Source: Georgenia sp. Z1491 (GTDB lineage Bacteria; Actinomycetota; Actinomycetes; Actinomycetales; Actinomycetaceae). From it: 24,000 bases of DNA. The stretch is from NCBI RefSeq assembly GCF_049856175.1, contig NZ_JBNDNA010000018.1, positions 19,355 through 43,354 of the forward strand, given 5' to 3'. This document shows, one piece after another, positions 14,894-21,938 of this stretch (positions are counted from its first letter, which is position 1; the number at the start of each line of letters is the position of its first letter). The translations under genes and the position numbers were made by a program. The notes beneath the pieces were generated by a model, which worked only from the letters and a program-made list of their open reading frames with translations, was not told the DNA's origin and made no database searches.

Positions 14894-15511
14894 ATGACGC
14901 CGCCCCCGACGCCCACGCGCCACCGATGGCGCCAGCCCGTGCTGGGCCTGGCCGTCGGGATGGTGTGCGCCGTCGTCGCCTTCCTGCTCCTCGGCCTCGT
15001 CCGCGACGCCCGGGCGGACGAGCACGTCACCGGATATCGCCTGAGCGACGAGGACGCGCTCGCGCCCGGCCCGGTCTCGCTCGTCTCGGTGCGGGACGTC
15101 CGTCAGCCGTCGTCGGTCCCAGGTCTCGCAGCACCGACGGGCGACCGCTACATCACCCTCGTCGTCGCGATCGAGGGCGACGTCGGCGCTACCGCAGACA
15201 CCCCCACCGACACCCCCACCGACGACGACACCCCCACCGACGACACCCCCACCGAGGAGTGGATCGACCTCGACGGCCTGGAGCTCACCCTCTACGCCGT
15301 CGACGACTCGGGCGAGCGCGAGGAGCTCGTCCCCACCGACCGCGGCCGGCGCACGCTCGACGGCATCGGCGGCGAGGTCCGCAGCATCGACCCGTACTGG
15401 ATCCGCGCCGGCTACGAACCCCCGTCCGGCGACGCCGAGCACTACGAGATGGACATCGTCGTCGACGGGGAGCAGTACACGCTCGCCGCCCGCACGGAGG
15501 AGCAGGAATGA
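14894..15511 (+). CDS. Hypothetical single-pass membrane-anchored protein with a (TPTD)n linker
   Basis: ATG at 14894. Transmembrane segment VLGLAVGMVCAVVAFLLLGLV. G/C-rich third positions. Stop overlaps the next start (ATGA at 15508). The acidic TPTDTPTDDDTPTDDTPTEE stretch is encoded by a 12-bp microrepeat at 15197-15253. Confidence 0.65.
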   Translation: MTPPPTPTRHRWRQPVLGLAVGMVCAVVAFLLLGLVRDARADEHVTGYRLSDEDALAPGPVSLVSVRDVRQPSSVPGLAAPTGDRYITLVVAIEGDVGATADTPTDTPTDDDTPTDDTPTEEWIDLDGLELTLYAVDDSGEREELVPTDRGRRTLDGIGGEVRSIDPYWIRAGYEPPSGDAEHYEMDIVVDGEQYTLAARTEEQE

Positions 15512-16104
15512 CCGACGACGACGCCCCCACCCCCGCCCCCACCCCCGCCCCCACCCCCGCAGCCGGAACGCGAGCCGCCACCTCCCGCACCCTCTTCTGG
15601 GCCACCGCGACCCTCACCTTCGTCCTGGCCCTCACCGTCCTGGTCCTGCTCCCGCGTGGCGGCGCAGCGGCACCGGCCGCCGCGGGCGAGGAGGTGAGCG
15701 CCGAGCTGACGGACGGCGTGACCGTCACCGTCCTGCCAGAGCTGCGGGACCTCGGCTGGCGCGCGGCCTCCTCGACCCGCCCGTACGCGCTCGACCTCCG
15801 CCTGACGATCACCAACGACTCCGAGGACCTCTTCCCGCGCTGGTACCGCGTCGAGGTGTTCGAGGCCAGCAACGTCGTCGAGGGCGAGGACCTGGGGGAG
15901 CGGCTGACCGGCAGCCTGCAGACCGCGCACGTCCCCGCGGGCGGGCAGGCGTCCACCGACCTGTCCTACTTCCACGACCGGCCGTGCGGTGAGTTCGTCG
16001 CCCGGATCTCCTACCGGCTCACCCTCGAGGCCGACGACGAGCAGACCGACGTCGACATCCCCATCCGCGTCGGGGACGAGGAGTGCCTGGCCGAGCGCGA
16101 ATGA
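15508..16104 (+). CDS. Hypothetical single-pass membrane-anchored protein with a (PTPA)n N-terminus and a beta-rich ectodomain
   Basis: MTDDDAPTPAPTPAPTPAAG, then transmembrane segment LFWATATLTFVLALTVLVLL, then an alternating beta-like pattern (LDLRLTITNDSEDLF...). 12-bp repeat in 3 copies at 15523-15558. Confidence 0.65.
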   Translation: MTDDDAPTPAPTPAPTPAAGTRAATSRTLFWATATLTFVLALTVLVLLPRGGAAAPAAAGEEVSAELTDGVTVTVLPELRDLGWRAASSTRPYALDLRLTITNDSEDLFPRWYRVEVFEASNVVEGEDLGERLTGSLQTAHVPAGGQASTDLSYFHDRPCGEFVARISYRLTLEADDEQTDVDIPIRVGDEECLAERE

Positions 16105-16135
16105 GTACGCCGACCTGGCCCCGTCGGGCGCCGGC

Positions 16136-17275
16136 TCACCCGCCTCTGGGTACCACCGGCTGCGTCCCCCGCGCCCGCAGCCACCTCTCGGCCGGGTGCT
16201 CGACCAGCGAGTACAGCGCCCACGCCGCCGCCTGGGACAGCGCGAGCAGCGCCACCCACTCCAGCGCCACGCCCACCCCGGGCGAGGTGAGCCCGAGCCC
16301 GTCGGGCACCACGTGGTTCCACGCCCGGATGACGGGCTCGTGGACGAGGTACCAGGCGTAGGACCACGCCCCGAGCCGGATGGACACGCGGTCGCGCACG
16401 AGTGTGGCCCGCCCGTCGATGTCGTGCTGCGCGGCGGCCACGATGAGCAGGGCGAACACCGGCGTCGACCACCACTGCGACCCGGAGTACGGCCCGAACC
16501 CCGCCTCCCCGCCGGAGACCCGCTCCCACGGCACCATCGCGGCGTGGAAGGCGACCACCAGCACCACGGCCGGCCAGTACCCCACGGGGGAGCGCCCGCC
16601 CCGACGCACCACCACGGCGCACAGCACCCCGATCACGAACTGCACGAGCCGCGACGGCGGGAAGTAGTCGAGCCAGAACCCCTCCCAGCCGACGGTGCCG
16701 AACACCCACCACAGACCGAGGAGCACGACGCCGCACCCCACCCACAGCGCCCCTCGCCACCGCCTGCCAGCCGCCGCGATGGCGAGGAGCGCGGGGAAGA
16801 GCAGGTAGAAGAAGGCCTCGTCGCTCAGCGACCACGACGCCGGGTTCGCCCCGTCCTCCCACAGCGGGTGCCAGGCCTGGAGGAAGAGGAACGTCGTCGC
16901 GGACTCCCACACCCCCGGCAGCTCGTCGATCCACCAGTAGATCGCCAGCGAGATCGCGCCCGTCGCCGCGACGAGCGGCCACAGCCGCGCGAACCGCCGC
17001 CACATGAAGACGCCGAACCCCACGGGTCGGTCGAGGTAGGTCCACGCGAGCACGAACCCGGACAGGACGAAGAAGAACGTCACGCCCGTGCGGCCGAACG
17101 CGGTGAGGTAGCTGAGCACCGGCACCTCGCCGACCTGCGCGCTCAGGTGGTACATCACCACGAGCAGCGCCGCCCAGAACCGCAGCCCCGTCAGCGAGTG
17201 CAGGCGCGACGGGAAGTCACGCCCGACGGCAACCGCGCGCCCGCCGCCCCCACCGGTCCCGCTCGCACTCGACAC
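16136..17275 (-). CDS. Acyltransferase family 3 (OafA/YrhL-like) membrane protein
   Basis: LTGLRFWAALLVVMYHL...GVTFFFVLSGFVLAW is the acyltransferase-3 N-terminal signature, and the protein is polytopic. GTG at 17275 is chosen as the start; GTG at 17338 is possible. The track start at 17566 would cover the divergent gene. Confidence 0.8.
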   Translation of the reverse strand: MSSASGTGGGGGRAVAVGRDFPSRLHSLTGLRFWAALLVVMYHLSAQVGEVPVLSYLTAFGRTGVTFFFVLSGFVLAWTYLDRPVGFGVFMWRRFARLWPLVAATGAISLAIYWWIDELPGVWESATTFLFLQAWHPLWEDGANPASWSLSDEAFFYLLFPALLAIAAAGRRWRGALWVGCGVVLLGLWWVFGTVGWEGFWLDYFPPSRLVQFVIGVLCAVVVRRGGRSPVGYWPAVVLVVAFHAAMVPWERVSGGEAGFGPYSGSQWWSTPVFALLIVAAAQHDIDGRATLVRDRVSIRLGAWSYAWYLVHEPVIRAWNHVVPDGLGLTSPGVGVALEWVALLALSQAAAWALYSLVEHPAERWLRARGTQPVVPRGG

Positions 17276-17362
17276 GAGCGGACACGTTACGGGCGCGCCG
17301 CCCGCGCCGCAGGATCGGCGGCCCGGAGCACCGCCCACCGAGCGGCCACCTACCCTGGACCC

Positions 17363-17743
17363 ATGCCCCGACGCCGCATCGACCCCACGATCGGGCTCGC
17401 CGCCGTGCGGGCCTGGCAGGAGGACCCGGACTCGATGTCCCGGGCCGACCTCATGACGGCGGTGCGGTTCACCCTCGAGGAGCTGGCGATCTCCTCCCCG
17501 GGCGGGGCGCTCGAGGTGCGGGTCCCACCGGCCGGCGCGGTCCAGGCCATCGCGGGCCCGCGGCACACCCGGGGCACACCCCCAGGCGTGGTGGAGACGG
17601 ACCCGGCCACGTGGCTCGCGCTCGCGAGCGGCGACCTCGACTGGGGCACGGCGGTGAGCGAGAGTTGGGTCTCGGCATCGGGGGAGCGGGCCGATCTCGG
17701 CGCGTGCCTGCCGCTCGTGCGCCGGGGTAGGTTCAGCCAGTGA
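17363..17743 (+). CDS. Sterol-carrier-family protein (bacterial SCP orthologue type)
   Basis: VRFTLEELAISSPGGALEVRVPPAGAVQAIAGPRHTRGTPPGVVETDPATWLALASGDLDW...SASGERADL matches my recollection of the actinobacterial sterol carrier family. ATG at 17363. Confidence 0.7.
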   Translation: MPRRRIDPTIGLAAVRAWQEDPDSMSRADLMTAVRFTLEELAISSPGGALEVRVPPAGAVQAIAGPRHTRGTPPGVVETDPATWLALASGDLDWGTAVSESWVSASGERADLGACLPLVRRGRFSQ

Positions 17744-18246
17744 CGCAGCACGACCCCTCCGGCACCTCCGGCGAGCCGGAGCACCACGCCCCCGACGACG
17801 ACGCGCCCCCGCCCGCCGCCGACCCCACGGCGCGCACCGAGGACCTCGCGGGTGAGAGCGACCAGGCCGCCGAGTCCGACGCCGACGCCCCGGACGACAC
17901 CTCCGACGCCGAGCCAGAGCCCGAGCCGACCCGAGCGACGACGGTCGGCCACGTGCGCGCCGCCCCGCGGTACGGCCGGTTCATGTGGACCGGGTTCCTG
18001 CTGGGGATCCTCGTGAGCATCTTGCTCGTCGTGTTCACGGAGGGCCAGTCGTTCGGCGACGACTACGCCGACGACGTCGGGGGCAGTCAGTTCTTCACCG
18101 ATCGCCTGAGTGATTCGAACGCCATCGGTCTGCTCGTCCTCACGCTGGGCCCGCTGGGCATCCTGCTGGGTGCGTTCGTCGCGTACCTGCTGGACCGCCG
18201 CTCGCTGCGCCGCCGCGAGCGCGCGACCAGGGGGCTCACGGAGTGA
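17740..18246 (+). CDS. Hypothetical membrane protein (acidic Pro/Asp-rich N-terminus, two transmembrane segments)
   Basis: GTGA overlap with the upstream stop. Transmembrane segments FMWTGFLLGILVSILLVVF and IGLLVLTLGPLGILLGAFVAYLL. Basic tail RRSLRRRERATRGLTE. Confidence 0.65.
   Translation: MTQHDPSGTSGEPEHHAPDDDAPPPAADPTARTEDLAGESDQAAESDADAPDDTSDAEPEPEPTRATTVGHVRAAPRYGRFMWTGFLLGILVSILLVVFTEGQSFGDDYADDVGGSQFFTDRLSDSNAIGLLVLTLGPLGILLGAFVAYLLDRRSLRRRERATRGLTE
18158..18242 (+). repeat. Left copy of an 85-bp direct repeat (the 3' end of the 17740-18246 gene)
   Basis: 78/85 identical to 19758-19842 at an offset of exactly 1600 bp. Mismatches at 18168, 18192, 18214, 18222, 18229, 18231 and 18240. 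Confidence 0.9.
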
Positions 18247-18356
18247 TCGCGAGCATGGTGTGTGCCCGTTCGGCCGTGGAGTCTCTGCCGGATAGTTGGT
18301 GAGAGCGTGACCCGCACCGGGTCGCGGCCCCGACGATGCTGGTTGACGCGAACTCG

Positions 18357-18935
18357 TCAATCGATCAGGTTGGGCGCCACCAAGGCTCGGCAGTGTGCGT
18401 GGACCCGATCGGCAAACTCGTCGCAGCCCGCCTGCGCCAGTGCATGCCAGATCGATCGTGGGTTCATCTTCGCCCGCCAGTAGTTGAACTGCTTCAGCGC
18501 GACAGCCTGGACGATCCGAGGCGTCGAGTCATCGACAAGGCAGAAGAACTCGTCTGGAGTACTGATCTCGTAGCGGTCGTCTTCGATCTTCAGGTAGGAC
18601 GAATCGTTGGTGAGGACGAGATCGATCTCGCCCGCGACGGCCGCGGCATGGATGTGCCCGTCGTTCGCGTCGGCCCCGGCGAAGTCCGATAGGTGCGGAT
18701 ACTCGGCGATCACGGTGTCAGTTGACTCGCGGAGCAGTTGCGAGAGGCGGTGAATCACTGCGCCGTCGACTCCCCGATTGTTCCGCCTGAGGTGGTATGT
18801 CACTTCGGACACGATGTCTTCGGTGGTGTGGAGCGTGAACATTCCGCCACCCGAGGCGTCACGAAGGAGGAACAGCCAGTCACGAACGGTCTTGCTGTTG
18901 AGGACATTGCTGTCCGGCAGCACCTTCGTGATCAC
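18357..18935 (-). CDS. PIN-domain protein (toxin-like, 192 aa, with a roughly 60-aa C-terminal extension)
   Basis: VLPDSNVLNSKTVRDWL (first acidic PIN motif) and DANDGHIHAAAVAGEIDLVLTNDSSY (C-terminal PIN motifs). GTG at 18935 lies 28 nt after the upstream stop. The track start at 19055 overlaps the HTH gene. Confidence 0.8.
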   Translation of the reverse strand: MITKVLPDSNVLNSKTVRDWLFLLRDASGGGMFTLHTTEDIVSEVTYHLRRNNRGVDGAVIHRLSQLLRESTDTVIAEYPHLSDFAGADANDGHIHAAAVAGEIDLVLTNDSSYLKIEDDRYEISTPDEFFCLVDDSTPRIVQAVALKQFNYWRAKMNPRSIWHALAQAGCDEFADRVHAHCRALVAPNLID

Positions 18936-18963
18936 CCATCCAGCGTAGCTGCCGACGCCGACG

Positions 18964-19398
18964 TCACTCCCGAATGCCGTGTTCCTCTTCCAGGTCGCGC
19001 AGCTCGGCAAATGCGTCGCGCTGGCGGCTCGAGCGTGCCGACCGGAACTCGACAACGTCCGCTGATCGCAGTCGAGTGTGCGAGCCGACCTGGTGGCTTG
19101 CCAGGTCGCCGTTGCGAATGTGCTTCATGAGGGTCGGGCGCGAGATGCCGAGCATCCGGGCCGCCACCGTCGTCGACACGACTTCGGGCACGGACTGAAA
19201 GGTGACATCTGCGCCAGAGGCGATCGCCTCGATCGCCTGCCGAAGGAACTCCGACAGGGCGGGCTCCAGGGTGACGGCGTCGCGACCTCGTGCGGAGGTG
19301 ATCATCTCGAGGGTCTGTCCGTCACGTGGTGGCAGCTCCGAGACGAACTGCCGCGCCTCGCTGCGCACCTCGTCGGAGACAGTCATGGTGTCAGGCAC
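18964..19398 (-). CDS. Excisionase-family (MerR-like) HTH DNA-binding protein, putative antitoxin of the PIN gene
   Basis: VSTTVAARMLGISRPTLMKHIRNGDLASHQVGSHTRLRSADVVEF is the excisionase-type HTH. GTG at 19398 lies 5 nt after GAGGAG. Confidence 0.8.
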   Translation of the reverse strand: MPDTMTVSDEVRSEARQFVSELPPRDGQTLEMITSARGRDAVTLEPALSEFLRQAIEAIASGADVTFQSVPEVVSTTVAARMLGISRPTLMKHIRNGDLASHQVGSHTRLRSADVVEFRSARSSRQRDAFAELRDLEEEHGIRE

Positions 19399-19460
19399 GG
19401 TCGCTCCTCATCTCCACAACGCCGCTCGCTCTGCGTGCCGTGGACCAACAGTGTCCAACT

Positions 19461-19478
19461 TTGCACTCGTAAGTGCAA
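19461..19478. promoter_or_regulatory. 18-bp palindrome TTGCACTcgtaAGTGCAA, a candidate autoregulatory operator of the HTH-PIN operon
   Basis: Perfect 7-bp arms with a 4-bp spacer, about 63-80 nt upstream of the HTH start on the minus strand. Confidence 0.45.
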
Positions 19479-19711
19479 CCCCGGATCGACTCCGCGAGGG
19501 ACCAGATTGGCGCGCCCGAAGGCCGCGCGCACCGCTCGGCAAGAGAAGGCGCAGCTGCCGCTACCAGCTCGCCCCGCCGTCGGCGGACACGAGCGTCTCC
19601 TCGCCCGCCCACAGCCACATGGCGTCGCCTGCGCCGGCCACGGCGGTCTGACCGGCCTCGGGGTCGGCGCCCTCGGCGGACCCGGCGAGCTCGACACCAC
19701 TGGAGCGTGAG

Positions 19712-19894
19712 TCCGGCGACGACGATGCCGTGCTTCTCGGGCCGGGTATCCTCGCGAGCATCCTGCTCGGTGCGTTCGTCGCGTACCTGCTCGACCGCCG
19801 CTCGCTGCGCCGCGGCGAGCGGGCGACCCGCGGGCTCACCGACTGGCCTTCGGACGTTCCGCGCGACACCGTGCTCGTCGTATGCCACAGTTGA
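19712..19894 (+). pseudogene. Start-less 3' fragment homologous to the end of the 17740-18246 gene
   Basis: Translates to SGDDDAVLLGPGILASILLGAFVAYLLDRRSLRRGERATRGLTDWPSDVPRDTVLVVCHS*. No in-frame ATG, and the frame is closed upstream at 19649-19651. Contains the right copy of the 85-bp repeat (19758-19842). Confidence 0.6.
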
Positions 19895-19951
19895 GGCGCC
19901 GGCGACAAGAGGCCAGCGCGATCTCTTCCCTTGAGGGGATAGCCGGCGCAC

Positions 19952-20611
19952 TCATGCCACGCCCCATGGCCTAAAGATCGACTTCACCAGTGGAGCTACG
20001 TCCTCCTCGTAGTTCTTCAACGGTGCGCCACGTAGATGGCGGTGGGCGGCCCACAGGGCATAGTCAGCGACCTGCAAGCCCCATGACGTCGCCGCCGGCC
20101 ACACGCACAACGTGATTTGTTGGCTCATCTGGCTGACGACGTCTCGAACTGCCGCCATCGCCGCTGTCTTGCGCGCCTTGGTGCCGATCGACCCGGTGAC
20201 GACGTACAGGTGATCCTCAGGACGGGCGACGTTCTCGCAGATGTGCCTGAGGTGCAGGAACCAGGCGTATTTGTGCATCCACATCTCGCCGCGCTCCTTC
20301 ACGTCGGGGTACGCACCAGACTTCAGCAAGAAGGTCGTGTCGATCCGCGGTCGCTGGTCACTGAGCAGGGCAAACATGCTGTTGCGGACTTCCCAGGTGT
20401 CGTACTTCGCGTGAAAGCCCTTCGACATGTCGATGCCTCGACCGGATAGCGCGGCGCGGAGGACGTGACCGTCCCTGATCTCCAGGCTGTGATCTCCCTG
20501 GAAGATTGCCGAGCCGAAGCCGAAGTAGTCGCTGGCGCCGTCCTTGCCTGCCCCCGCGTAGTCGAGGTTGCCGGTCTCGTCGGCATAGACGAAGACGTCG
20601 GCGCCGTTCAT
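19952..20611 (-). CDS. DUF3800-family protein
   Basis: N-terminal VFVYADETGN (DESG-like motif) and C-terminal WGLQVADYALWAAHR (the LQxAD motif typical of DUF3800). ATG at 20611 with AGGA 9 nt upstream. The track extension to 20842 is unsupported. Confidence 0.75.
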   Translation of the reverse strand: MNGADVFVYADETGNLDYAGAGKDGASDYFGFGSAIFQGDHSLEIRDGHVLRAALSGRGIDMSKGFHAKYDTWEVRNSMFALLSDQRPRIDTTFLLKSGAYPDVKERGEMWMHKYAWFLHLRHICENVARPEDHLYVVTGSIGTKARKTAAMAAVRDVVSQMSQQITLCVWPAATSWGLQVADYALWAAHRHLRGAPLKNYEEDVAPLVKSIFRPWGVA

Positions 20612-20856
20612 GTGCGGGCGTCCTGGTTGGTCCGCGCGCAGTCGTTGGTGATCACCCTGCGAGTATGAGTAACACGCCCGACGTGATGACGCGCAGCCGT
20701 TGAGTCGGATCACGCAGGGCACTCGAGGAGGCCTGATGTGCAGGCGGCCACCCAGCCTGCGCGACCATGAAGCCGCTGCCGTTCGCGGTGCGGATGTGCG
20801 AGTTGACAGCCCCGCGTGCGGGCGAAGCCAATTGCTGGTCATTCTCTTGACGTCGA

Positions 20857-21687
20857 CTATTGCTGCTGCCCACCGTGCGCGTCGGACGTCCCTTGCCGGA
20901 CCATGTATTCGAGGAGCAGTAGCTCGGGGTCGCGCGTGCGCTCGGTATGCAGCGCTCGGCTGATGCCATGCGCGGTGGCACGCACCGCTGGGCGAGCGTT
21001 GTCAGCCAGAGCGCTGTCGCGCGGAACGAGGACCGAGACCGCCGCGACGACCTCGTCGTGCTGATCGCGGATCGGGGCGGCGAGTCCCGTGACGTCCGGG
21101 TGGATCCATCCCTCGATCGCGCACACGCCGGAACGGCGACCGGCCTCGATGGCCGCCCAGATGTCATCGGTGCGGGTCGGGGACGCGGAGGTGAGCGGCC
21201 GAGGGATCGCGCCGAGGATGGCCTCCCGCTCGGCGTCGGTCCCGAATGCTGCGAACACGATGCCGGCGGAGCAGGTGGCAGCCGGAAGCCTCCCGGCCAG
21301 TTTGAGGATGCTGATGGCAGTCGGCTCGGGCGCTCGGAGATTCTCGATGTAGACGACGTCTGTTCCTCGGAGGACCGACAGTTGCGTGTGCTGCCGGACG
21401 GCTGATTGCAGCCCCTCGAGGAACGGCAGCGCGCGGTCCCGGAGTTCGGTCTGGGGTGAGTTGCGTACGGCCAGCTCCCACAACCGCAGCCCGATCCTGA
21501 TGCGCCGTGTGTCGGTCCGTTCCAGGAGCTCCCACCGAATGAGCTCATTGACGATCCGGTGAGCGCTCGGGATCGGCAGACGACTGGAGCGCGCGATCGC
21601 AGCGACGCTGAGCTCCGACTCGTCGCTCTGAAACGCCTCGAGGACTCTGACGACGCGTGAGATCACGGACTCTCCGGGCGTGGCCAT
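20857..21687 (-). CDS. IclR-family transcriptional regulator
   Basis: SVISRVVRVLEAFQSDESELSVAAIARSSRLPIPSAHRIVNELIRWELLER is the IclR wHTH, and the C-terminal effector domain has the typical length. ATG at 21687 lies after GGAAGGA. Confidence 0.9.
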   Translation of the reverse strand: MATPGESVISRVVRVLEAFQSDESELSVAAIARSSRLPIPSAHRIVNELIRWELLERTDTRRIRIGLRLWELAVRNSPQTELRDRALPFLEGLQSAVRQHTQLSVLRGTDVVYIENLRAPEPTAISILKLAGRLPAATCSAGIVFAAFGTDAEREAILGAIPRPLTSASPTRTDDIWAAIEAGRRSGVCAIEGWIHPDVTGLAAPIRDQHDEVVAAVSVLVPRDSALADNARPAVRATAHGISRALHTERTRDPELLLLEYMVRQGTSDAHGGQQQ

Positions 21688-21718
21688 GAGCAAGATCCTT
21701 CCGATGAGTGAGAGGTTC

Positions 21719-21749
21719 TTTTCCTGCGGGTAGTCCCTACGCAGAAAGG
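21719..21749. promoter_or_regulatory. Imperfect inverted repeat ttttCCTGCG-N11-CGCAGaaagg in the IclR/BVMO divergent region
   Basis: Read directly from the sequence. It has one indel and is only weakly operator-like. Confidence 0.3.
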
Positions 21750-21938
21750 GTATCGCTCAGCAAGAGATTGGGTGGCGCGGCCTCGGTTCGACAGGGATGC
21801 TCACGGCCAAGTAAGGACGCGCTATCCCCGTCGTGAGCAGGCGGCGCACGAAGCGTGGCCGGTGAGTCACAGACAACCCGTCGGAGAGTGCCGCGCGCAG
21901 GGCGGGGTGGCGCTCAGAACGCAGAGCGAGGAGACGCA

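Noticed and set aside
16105-16135. Imperfect hairpin cgccgac-N7-gtcgggcg between the convergent membrane-protein and acyltransferase genes, considered as a terminator.
   Set aside because: The stem is short and bulged with no T-tract. It is plausible but not distinguishable from chance at this GC content.
18309-18360. Two small hairpins (gacccg-cac-cgggtc at 18309-18323; ttgacg-N6-cgtcaa at 18343-18360) between the membrane-protein stop and the PIN stop.
   Set aside because: The stems are only 6-9 bp. They may act as terminators for the convergent genes, but the evidence is too weak to annotate as features.
19561-19640. Minus-strand frame ending …AGDAMWLWAGEETLVSADGGASW*, reminiscent of a short-chain dehydrogenase C-terminus (…vDGG…).
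   Set aside because: Only about 25 residues of weak resemblance, with no upstream SDR motifs in frame. At most it is a tiny gene relic, and it cannot be supported from sequence alone.
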